A stretch of DNA of 64,000 nt from Candidatus Magasanikiibacteriota bacterium (GTDB lineage Bacteria; Patescibacteriota; Patescibacteriia; Magasanikbacterales; UBA922): NCBI GenBank assembly GCA_043825135.1, contig JBDRSF010000066.1, forward strand, positions 6,355 to 70,354, given 5' to 3'. Positions 56,276 through 64,000 of this stretch are shown in pieces; within the stretch, counting starts at the first letter, position 1, and each line of letters starts with the position of its first letter. The translations under genes were made by a program, and so were the position numbers. The notes under the pieces are model-generated. The model had not been told where the DNA came from, did not search any database, and was given only the letters and a program-made list of their open reading frames with translations.

Positions 56276-59200
56276 ATGATTTCGTGGTTAAGTTACAAAG
56301 TCAATCAAAAATTTGATAGAAATATTATAAAGTCAAAACAGAAAATGTACCTGATGTTTAGTTTCCTGTTTTTGTTTTTTGTGGTTTTTTATGTTGCCAT
56401 TTTTTCTTTAGTTCCTTCTGGAAATATTGTAGACATTACTCAAGCCGGTGGTACAGCGAATTGGATTGGTGTTTCTGGTGGTGATTGGGGTACTGGTACT
56501 AATTGGGATATTGGTGTGGTTCCGACTTCTACAACTATTGTAAATATTTCTAGCTCTACTGCTATTACTGTTAATGTTACTGCTAATATTAGTTTTGATA
56601 CTTTAAATATTGGAGGAAGTTCTGCTCTTAATACTTTGGTTTTGACTGCTGATATTACAGAAGGTATTGCTATTAATATAAATAATAATGGAATAATCCA
56701 GCAAAAAAATTCTAATACTCAGACTATTACGGGTGATCTAACAATTAACTCAGGTGGTAAATTGACTCATACTGACAATTCAACATCACAACTTTATAAA
56801 GTGGATTTTTCTGTAGCAAACGCCATAATTAATTCTGGTGGTTTTGTTAATGTTAATGGATTGGGTTTTGATGGTAGTGTAAATGAAATTATAGATGGTT
56901 ATGGTACGGGCGGTGGTCAGTCAACAGGTGATGACCTTACTGCTGGCGGTGGTGGTGCTGGGCATTTTGGTAATGGTGGTAGTGGCCAAGGTAGTTTTGC
57001 TGGAGGTGTTGGATATGGAGATATTTCTAGTATTTCAACCATAGGTTCTGGCGGTGGTTCTGCTTATAATAATGCTCTTGGTGGATCTGGTGGTGGTCTT
57101 ATAATTTTAAATGCTAGTGGAGATATAACTATTAGTGGTGCTATTAGTGCGACTGGTAGTAATGGTGCAGTAGCAATAGATCAAGCTAATGGAGCTGGTG
57201 GCGGAGCTGGTGGTGGAATAAAATTGGTTGCTGATTCTTTTATAGGTACTCCAACTAGTCTAACTGCAATTGGTGGAAATGGTGGTGATAGTACTAGAGA
57301 TGGTGGCGGTGGCGGTGGCGGTGGTGTTTATTTGGAATACACTACTGCTAATAGCATTAATTATTCTGGAGTAAATATGTATGGTGGTGTTGGTGAACAA
57401 TATGGCGGTGCTGGTGTTTTATTAATAAAACAAATTGGAGGAAATACTGATCTTTATTCTATTAATCAGGCAGTGTCAGGAGCTGATACTATTCAAGGTA
57501 CAACTAGCTTATCAATCGATTCTCTTACTTTAGCAAGTTCTTCAATATATATAGTTACTTCTACAAAATCTCTAACTATTTCAAGTACTACTTTAAATTC
57601 TGTTATTGATGCTACTGGTATTTTGGAAATAACCGGAGGAACATTAGTAACACCCACGACGCTTAATGTAAATAGTACTACTTTAAGATTTTGGCAAACT
57701 TCTACTTGGGCCGATTCAGAAACTGTGGATTTAAATATTAATAATAGTGCAATTTTAGATTTGTGTTATTTTAATACGACCACTAGCGCACTTGTATTAG
57801 ATGATTTAGTAGTAAATAGTGGTGGTACTATTACTCATGGTGCACATACCGATTTAAGAGATGAACAGACTCATATTGTAAAGATAAATGCTAATAATAT
57901 TACGATTAATTTAGGTGGTACTGTTACGGCCGATGCTAAGGGTTATGCTGGAGGTTATAGTGAGGGTGGGGATGGTTATGGTCTAGGACCGGGATTAGGT
58001 GGTTCAGTTGCTGGTCCTTATATAGGTAGTGGTGGTGCTCATTGTGGTGATGGTGCTGATACAGATTTAGACGGTGGTATATTATATTGTGAAAGATCTA
58101 GTCCTATTACTATGGGTTCTGGTGGTGGTGGTGATTATAGTGGTAATTACGGTGGTTCAGGAGGGGGTTTAATTCAGCTTGTCGCAACTAGTACGATTAA
58201 TATCTCTGGTATTATTACAGCCGATGGTGGTAATGGAGAAGGTGGTTGGCAAGAAGGTGCCGGTGGTGGTGCCGGTGGTGCAATTAGTATTTCAGCGGTT
58301 ACTATTTCTGGTACACCAACTAGTTTGTCGGTTTCTGGTGGTGATGGTGGTGTTGACTCATACAACAGTGCTAATAATGGTGGCGGTGGCGGTGGTGGTC
58401 TTTTGTATATTGCATATATTTATCCCATTTCAATTACCACATCCTCGCCTTTCGTTGATTTAAGTGCTGGTTCTTTTGGTACTGGTGCCGGTGTTGGAGC
58501 GCTTACCACAGTTTCAAATAACAATTTACCAATAGCCACAGCAATTTCACCATATCAGTCATCAAGTAGTTATGTTACTGTTACTACTACAGTTTCCGAT
58601 ACAGATTCTGATGTGACTAGTTTAACACTACAATATTCTTTAGATAATTCTGCATGGGCGACGTCAACTTTAGGCACTGTTATACCTAGTTTTGGTACGG
58701 TTAGCACTACAAATGGTTCAATCACTGGTATTGATACAGATGCAACCAGTTCAGTAGGTCTCACAATAAAATGGAATATAGAAACTGACATAACTAATAC
58801 TGATGATACTACAGTATATTTTCGTTTAACTCCAAATGATGGTATAGACGACGGTACAACAGTGAGTTCGAGTGCTTTTGCAGTTGACACCAAAGATCCA
58901 ACTACGCCTGGGGATTTAACAGTTAATACTTTGACTAATAGTTCAGTTATTTTAAATTTTGGCACTACTACTACAGACACAAATTTTTCTGAATATAAAA
59001 TATTTTATAAAGAAGGTGCAAGTGGGGTTGATGTAACTGATAGTGCCCTTACTTCTTCTACGGATTCAAATTTGGGAAATGTTTTGTATGGTGGTGCCAG
59101 TACTACTACTATTTCTGGTTTGTCTGCTAATACTCAATATGTAGCTAATATAGTTGCCTACGATTTATGGGATGGAATAGGAGTTGCCACTGAGTTTAGT

Positions 59201-61471
59201 TTTTATACTTTAGCATCTACACTCTCTAGTGTGTCGGCTCTGACTAATTCAGCTTCTCAAATTACTATTTCTTGGTCTGGTGATGCTACTCAGTATTATG
59301 TAGAAAATATAACAGCTGGAACTAATTCCGGCTGGACTTCTGCGAGTTCCTATGCATTTACTAGTCTTACTGCAAATACTCTATATTCTTTTAGGGTAAA
59401 AGCTAAGAATGCTGGAGGCACCGAAACTAGTTGGTCTAGTACTGTCTCGGCTACTACACAGAGTTCTGGAGTTCCAATTCCGTCACCTCCACCTCCTCCA
59501 CCACCCAAACCAGACCCACAATGTCTTCCAGGTGATTTAAGTTGCCAACCAGATCCAGAAAATCCGAGTGGTTTAGTAATTATTAATAATGGTGATTCTT
59601 TTACCTTAACTCGTGATGTTTCAGTGTGTTTTTTGGATTTGTCCTTTGTAAATAAATATTTATTATCTGAAGATGCTACTTTTTCTGATGTATTAAACTA
59701 TAATGATTTGCCAGCAGGGCAGTCATGTGTAAATTATTCTATAACCAGTCAAGGTGATGGTAAAAAGACAATTTATGCACGATTATTAAATCAAAGTAAA
59801 GGGACTGTTTATAATACCAGTGATGTAATTAATTTAGTAACTGCTCCTCCTACAGGAAAGGTAACTATAAATAACGGCGATGCAAAAACATCTAGTAATA
59901 TTGTTATATTAAAAGCTTATGAAATAAAAAATGCTAATTATTTTGCTTACTCTATTAAAAATATTTTCACATCTTTTCCGGGTGTGACTGTAGGTTCTAC
60001 TAAACAGGTATTTGTAACATTACCCAAAGGACAATATGGGGAAAAGACTATTTATGTACGATTGAAAAATGAATTTGGTGATACTTTTTTATCAGATAGT
60101 ATTAATTATGTTCCTGCACCAGACGAAGAAGAACCAGAATTACCACCGGAAGAACCAACAGGACCAGAACAACCAACTAAACCAGAAGTTCCAGTTCCTG
60201 ATCAGCCTAATCCAACCGAGCCTGATGGAGGATCAGATGATTCTCCTAGTGATCAGCCAGCTGGTGGATCTTCCAATCCAACCACACCTCCAACTAATCC
60301 TATAAGTCCAGTTTTACCAACCACACCAATAGTTGATGAAGAAATAAACACAAAACCTTCTTTTACAGAAAAAGCTATCGCCAAAGTTACAGAAAAAGCT
60401 CCAGCCACTACTCTAGTTGTTCAAAAAACTATTAAAACCATTCAAAAATTTACTGACAACCCACAAGTTGAAGCCACTAATGAACAAATAATTGCTCCTG
60501 TTATAGCTGGGGCCGGAGTGGCCAATGTGATTGCCAGTGTCGCTGTTGGTGGTTTTCAAATTCCTCAAATGCTATTATTTCTTCGCTATCTTTTCACTCA
60601 GCCATTACTTCTTCTTCGCCTACGCAAACGCAAAGACTGGGGGATAGTTTACAATTCTTTTACCAAACAACCACTTGATTTAGCCACGGTTAGAATTATT
60701 GATACTTTATCCAATCGAGTTGTCAGTTCACAGGTCACTGATTCTCAAGGTAGATATTTAATTTCAATAATCCCAGGCACCTACAAGTTAGAAATTACTA
60801 AACCAGGTTTTGCTAGTTTTAGTTCTCATCTAGCTGAAGCAAAAGAGGATTCCAAATTTATTAATCTTTATCATGGTGAAGAAATATCCATTTCAGAACC
60901 CTCAGCTATTAACTACAACATCCCAATTGACCCCGAAGATAGGAAATTGACAACTTTGCAAGTCATAAAAGAACACACTATAAAATCCACCCAAAGTATT
61001 ATTGCCCTTACTGGCCTTATCATTACTTTGATATCTTTTACCATTTCTCCAACTGCCATTATTGCTACTTTCTTCTTTTTACACTTGCTTTTCTACTCCA
61101 TGTTCTACCGTTTCTCTCATATAGATCTGCCTGCCACTTGGGGTAAGGTAGTAGAAAAACTAAATCAAAAACCACTCGGCAAAGTCGTTATTAGAGTTTT
61201 TGATAGTGCCTACAACAAGTTAGTTGAGACTGGTGTCACCGATCATAAGGGAAGATACGCTGTCCTAGTTGGACCTTCTAAATATTTCATTACCTATGAC
61301 AAACCCGGATTTCAAGAAAAGAAATCACCTGAACTAGATTATTCATCAACTAAAACTCAAGGTATGGGTGGGATTGTTAATCGGAGTGAAACGATGGAGC
61401 GTAAACAGAACATGGAAAGCACGGAAAGCACGGAATTAAAGGAAGATAAGGAAGACAGAAATGATAAATGA
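56276..61471 (+). CDS. Giant (1731 aa) cell-surface protein: Gly-rich beta-helix-like repeats, Fn3-like domains, Pro-rich linkers, C-terminal TM segments and two carboxypeptidase-regulatory-like domains
   Basis: N-terminal signal anchor; GGGGAG/GGSGG repeats; PPPPPPPKPDP and PELPPEEPTGPEQPTKPEVPVP linkers; RIIDTLSNRVVSSQVTDSQGRYLISIIPGTYKLEI and VRVFDSAYNKLVETGVTDHKGRYAV; possible alternative start 56345. Confidence 0.6.
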   Translation: MISWLSYKVNQKFDRNIIKSKQKMYLMFSFLFLFFVVFYVAIFSLVPSGNIVDITQAGGTANWIGVSGGDWGTGTNWDIGVVPTSTTIVNISSSTAITVNVTANISFDTLNIGGSSALNTLVLTADITEGIAININNNGIIQQKNSNTQTITGDLTINSGGKLTHTDNSTSQLYKVDFSVANAIINSGGFVNVNGLGFDGSVNEIIDGYGTGGGQSTGDDLTAGGGGAGHFGNGGSGQGSFAGGVGYGDISSISTIGSGGGSAYNNALGGSGGGLIILNASGDITISGAISATGSNGAVAIDQANGAGGGAGGGIKLVADSFIGTPTSLTAIGGNGGDSTRDGGGGGGGGVYLEYTTANSINYSGVNMYGGVGEQYGGAGVLLIKQIGGNTDLYSINQAVSGADTIQGTTSLSIDSLTLASSSIYIVTSTKSLTISSTTLNSVIDATGILEITGGTLVTPTTLNVNSTTLRFWQTSTWADSETVDLNINNSAILDLCYFNTTTSALVLDDLVVNSGGTITHGAHTDLRDEQTHIVKINANNITINLGGTVTADAKGYAGGYSEGGDGYGLGPGLGGSVAGPYIGSGGAHCGDGADTDLDGGILYCERSSPITMGSGGGGDYSGNYGGSGGGLIQLVATSTINISGIITADGGNGEGGWQEGAGGGAGGAISISAVTISGTPTSLSVSGGDGGVDSYNSANNGGGGGGGLLYIAYIYPISITTSSPFVDLSAGSFGTGAGVGALTTVSNNNLPIATAISPYQSSSSYVTVTTTVSDTDSDVTSLTLQYSLDNSAWATSTLGTVIPSFGTVSTTNGSITGIDTDATSSVGLTIKWNIETDITNTDDTTVYFRLTPNDGIDDGTTVSSSAFAVDTKDPTTPGDLTVNTLTNSSVILNFGTTTTDTNFSEYKIFYKEGASGVDVTDSALTSSTDSNLGNVLYGGASTTTISGLSANTQYVANIVAYDLWDGIGVATEFSFYTLASTLSSVSALTNSASQITISWSGDATQYYVENITAGTNSGWTSASSYAFTSLTANTLYSFRVKAKNAGGTETSWSSTVSATTQSSGVPIPSPPPPPPPKPDPQCLPGDLSCQPDPENPSGLVIINNGDSFTLTRDVSVCFLDLSFVNKYLLSEDATFSDVLNYNDLPAGQSCVNYSITSQGDGKKTIYARLLNQSKGTVYNTSDVINLVTAPPTGKVTINNGDAKTSSNIVILKAYEIKNANYFAYSIKNIFTSFPGVTVGSTKQVFVTLPKGQYGEKTIYVRLKNEFGDTFLSDSINYVPAPDEEEPELPPEEPTGPEQPTKPEVPVPDQPNPTEPDGGSDDSPSDQPAGGSSNPTTPPTNPISPVLPTTPIVDEEINTKPSFTEKAIAKVTEKAPATTLVVQKTIKTIQKFTDNPQVEATNEQIIAPVIAGAGVANVIASVAVGGFQIPQMLLFLRYLFTQPLLLLRLRKRKDWGIVYNSFTKQPLDLATVRIIDTLSNRVVSSQVTDSQGRYLISIIPGTYKLEITKPGFASFSSHLAEAKEDSKFINLYHGEEISISEPSAINYNIPIDPEDRKLTTLQVIKEHTIKSTQSIIALTGLIITLISFTISPTAIIATFFFLHLLFYSMFYRFSHIDLPATWGKVVEKLNQKPLGKVVIRVFDSAYNKLVETGVTDHKGRYAVLVGPSKYFITYDKPGFQEKKSPELDYSSTKTQGMGGIVNRSETMERKQNMESTESTELKEDKEDRNDK

Positions 61472-61507
61472 TAATTTACTAAATACTTTTAATTTTGATT
61501 AAAACCT

Positions 61508-62860
61508 ATGCTTCCAGAAGAAATAAAAAAAATAGAACAACTTGGTGACAAAGATTTTACCTATAGTCAGACTACTATTACAGATTTTCGCGAATCATGG
61601 CGAATATTTCGTATTATGGCTGAATTTGTTGAAGGCTATAATTTTTTAGCGAAATTTAAAAACGAGGTAACAATTTTGGGCTCAGCTCGATTGGCAGAAG
61701 ATAGTAAATATTGTTTAGAAGCCAGAGAATTAGGAAAAATGCTAGCAGAAAATGGTTTCACTACGATAACTGGTGGTGGTCCTGGTATAATGGAATCAGC
61801 CAACCATGGGGCATATGAGGGTAAGGGTGAGTCAATTGGGTTGAATATTCAATTGCCTTTTGAACAGCGGATCAACCCCTATGTGACTAAATCAACTGCT
61901 TTTTATTATTTTTTTACTCGCAAAGTCATGTTGACTTCACCAGCCAATGCTTTTGTATATTTCCCTGGTGGTTTTGGTACAATGGATGAGTTTTTTGAAG
62001 TAGTAGATCTTATGGAGTTAAATAAAATGCAAAAAGTGCCGATAGTATTGGTAGGTAAAGAGTTTTGGTCGCCACTTATAAAGTTTTTAAAAGATAAATC
62101 ACTCAAAATCGGCGCTATTAATGTTGAACATTTTAAATTTTGGAAAATAGTAGATACAGCTGAAGAAGCTTTTGAATTAATAAAAGACTCCAAAGATAAA
62201 GTGAGTGATACGTGTGAGTTAGATCCACAGAACTTTCATTGTCAGCAAAAAATTGATTGGAAAATTTTCCGAATCATGGCTGAATTAGTTGAAGGTTTTG
62301 AATTTTTGACTGGCTTAGGCAATGATGTAACTGTTTTGGGCACCAAAAGCATTAAACCAGATGATCAATTTTATATTGATGCTTATAATTTGGGCAAAAA
62401 ATTGGCTAAGAATAACTATGCGGCCATAACTGGCGGTGGTCCAGGTATTATGGAAGCGGTTAATAAGGGTGCATTTGAAAATGGTGGTGAGTCAATTGGT
62501 ATTAATATGCGCTATGGCTTCAAAGAAAGAGTTAATGCTTATGTAAAAAGATCAATTGGTTTTCAATTTCCTTTTAATCGCAAGTTAATTCTTACAGCAC
62601 CATCAAAGGCCTTTGTATTTTTTCCCGGTGGGTTTGGGACTTTACATCAGTTGTTTGAAGTTTTGACCCTTATGCAAACCAAAAAAGTGCCAATGATGCC
62701 GGTTATTTTATATAATCACAAATTTTGGGAACCATTACACCAGTTTATAAAACAAACCATGGTTCATAATCTGGAGACAATCAGTGATAAAGATGATGAA
62801 CTTTATCAAATTGTTGATGATGTTGATACGGCGATTGATTTAATAAATAAACATAAATAA
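61508..62860 (+). CDS. Tandem-duplicated LOG-family (TIGR00730) protein: two LOG domains in one polypeptide
   Basis: Each half has TVLGSA/TILGSA, ITGGGPGIMES/ITGGGPGIMEA and PGGFGTMDE/PGGFGTLHQ motifs. Confidence 0.75.
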   Translation: MLPEEIKKIEQLGDKDFTYSQTTITDFRESWRIFRIMAEFVEGYNFLAKFKNEVTILGSARLAEDSKYCLEARELGKMLAENGFTTITGGGPGIMESANHGAYEGKGESIGLNIQLPFEQRINPYVTKSTAFYYFFTRKVMLTSPANAFVYFPGGFGTMDEFFEVVDLMELNKMQKVPIVLVGKEFWSPLIKFLKDKSLKIGAINVEHFKFWKIVDTAEEAFELIKDSKDKVSDTCELDPQNFHCQQKIDWKIFRIMAELVEGFEFLTGLGNDVTVLGTKSIKPDDQFYIDAYNLGKKLAKNNYAAITGGGPGIMEAVNKGAFENGGESIGINMRYGFKERVNAYVKRSIGFQFPFNRKLILTAPSKAFVFFPGGFGTLHQLFEVLTLMQTKKVPMMPVILYNHKFWEPLHQFIKQTMVHNLETISDKDDELYQIVDDVDTAIDLINKHK

Positions 62861-62963
62861 GGAGTAAATAATAAGGATTAATGACAGATGAGTGATGAGA
62901 AGTTTTGAACTTGACGGGCAGGTCTTTTTTTGTTATTATTGTTTGGAAAATATGGAAAGCTAT

Positions 62964-63050
62964 GGAGAGTTCGCATAGTGGTCGAGTGCGCCGCCTTGGA
63001 AAGGCGGTATATCGAAAGGTATCGGGAGTTCGAATCTCCCACTCTCCGCC
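62964..63050 (+). tRNA. tRNA-Ser (anticodon GGA)
   Basis: Acceptor GGAGAGT/ACTCTCC, anticodon loop TTGGAAA, long variable arm, T-arm GGGAG-TTCGAAT-CTCCC. Confidence 0.85.
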
Positions 63051-63170
63051 GTTGCTACGCCGTAGCCCCAAAGGGCGTAGGCGAGAAGAGTGTGTTACAA
63101 TATTCATTCTTTAGCGAAATAAACAAAGAAGCTATGGCGTGATAAATCCGCCAGTCTTAATAATTTATTT

Positions 63171-63650
63171 ATGCCAAAATACACAGCAATCATACACACT
63201 TCAAAAGGAGATATAAAAATTAAACTAAACGAAAATCAGACACCAAAAACAGTAGAGAATTTTGTGACGCTTGCAAAAAAAGATTTTTATAATGACACCG
63301 TCTTTCATCGTGTGGTAAAAGACTTTATGATACAAGGTGGTTGTCCAGAAGGAACTGGTATTGGTGGGCCGGGCTATAAATTTGACGATGAGCCATTTAC
63401 TGGTGAATACACTCGCGGTACAGTAGCCATGGCCAATGCTGGTCCGAACACAAATGGTAGTCAGTTTTTTATCATGCACGCCGACGTTGCTTTGCCTAAA
63501 AATTATATTATTTTTGGAAAAGTTGAAGATGAATTAGATGCTCTAGATGCGATTGCCGACAGTGAAGTAGAGTTTAGTTTGATGGGGGAGTCGTCTAAGC
63601 CAGTTGAGCCTACAGTTGTTGAGAGTGTGGAAATAATTGAAAAGTTCTAG
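63171..63650 (+). CDS. ppiB: Peptidyl-prolyl cis-trans isomerase, cyclophilin type
   Basis: FHRVVKDFMIQGG, GTVAMANAGPNTNGSQFFI. Confidence 0.85.
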   Translation: MPKYTAIIHTSKGDIKIKLNENQTPKTVENFVTLAKKDFYNDTVFHRVVKDFMIQGGCPEGTGIGGPGYKFDDEPFTGEYTRGTVAMANAGPNTNGSQFFIMHADVALPKNYIIFGKVEDELDALDAIADSEVEFSLMGESSKPVEPTVVESVEIIEKF

Positions 63651-63672
63651 ACTGGCAAGAATGCTGGGGTAA

Positions 63673-63819
63673 GTGTCATTGCGCTGTGCCCGCCTTTGGA
63701 GGGGGTTCTAATTTGCATCGGGACGAAGCAATCCCAGCGGTTTTAAATTAAACGAGGGGATTGCCACGTGTCTTCCGCTGCGCTCCAGCACTCGCAATGA
63801 CACTTTCTCGCAATGACAC
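63673..63819. mobile_element. MITE-like element GTGTCATTGCGCTGTGCCCGCCTTTGGAGGG...CTCGCAATGACAC(tttctcgcaatgacac), copy E
   Basis: Shares subterminal block with copy B; duplicated right TIR. Confidence 0.75.
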
Positions 63820-63862
63820 CTATCTTTCTAAAATGATTTTAAGCATTTCAAGCTTTTATAAT

Positions 63863-64000
63863 ATGAAAAGTATCCACCCACAATTTCCCGATCATCATAC
63901 TTCTAACGGCATTTTAAACAAACTTCGTGAAATAGTTTTTGGAATGGAAGATGGTATGGTATCAACACTTGGTGCTATTACTGGTATTGCCGTCGGTTCA
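63863..64000 (+). CDS. VIT1/CCC1-family iron/manganese transporter, 5' partial (runs off window)
   Basis: MKSIHPQFPDHHTSNGILNKLREIVFGMEDGMVSTLGAITGIAVGS resembles VIT family N-terminus. Confidence 0.45.
   Translation, partial: MKSIHPQFPDHHTSNGILNKLREIVFGMEDGMVSTLGAITGIAVGS

Overview
This 64-kb window comes from a low-GC (about one third GC) bacterial chromosome. Its gene content and architecture fit an uncultivated CPR/Patescibacteria-like organism; that placement is an inference from the sequence.

Housekeeping content: mnmA, a short alaS, an infA-rpmJ-rpsM-rpsK-rpsD-rpoA-rplQ block followed by rplM-rpsI, fmt-def, folD, dnaX, cysS, ligA, gatC-gatA, ppiB and two tRNAs (Gln-CUG, Ser-GGA).

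Envelope and surface content: flippase, GT4/GT2 glycosyltransferases, GtrA-like protein, a PAP2 phosphatase, an S11 DD-carboxypeptidase, a C39-like peptidase, Fn3 surface proteins and a 1731-aa giant surface protein.

Other loci: a type IV pilus locus (pilM, response regulator, pilin, pilD); a membrane-anchored FtsK/VirD4-like ATPase; a tRNA-Gln-adjacent accessory segment (RHH antitoxin + RelE/ParE toxin, SAM methyltransferase, Bro-N antirepressor-like gene); and a nuclease-GNAT-mscL-Fic gene string.

No rRNA, CRISPR array, integrase or transposase gene is visible.

The most striking property is the density of short structured repeat families:
- a GTGTCATTGCG...CGCAATGACAC MITE-like family, at least 6 copies;
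- a perfect 20-nt palindrome CCTGCCTGCCGGCAGGCAGG, 4 copies;
- a GATAAATGATACCCACAGGGCATCCCTCTGCGGGGATAAATGA palindromic element, 4 copies, two of them inside CDS;
- TATAAAGTC/GACTTTATA head-to-head arrays abutting start codons;
- CTCCCCCT-N-AGGGGGAG hairpins;
- two AAAACAC/GTGTTTT palindromic modules;
- simple-sequence repeats (CCGAAAG, CCGAAT, CCTTACTCC) inserted in frame into conserved proteins (MnmA, Fmt, LigA, the giant surface protein).

Two promoter/terminator-bounded GC-rich segments without credible ORFs look like unassigned structured ncRNAs.
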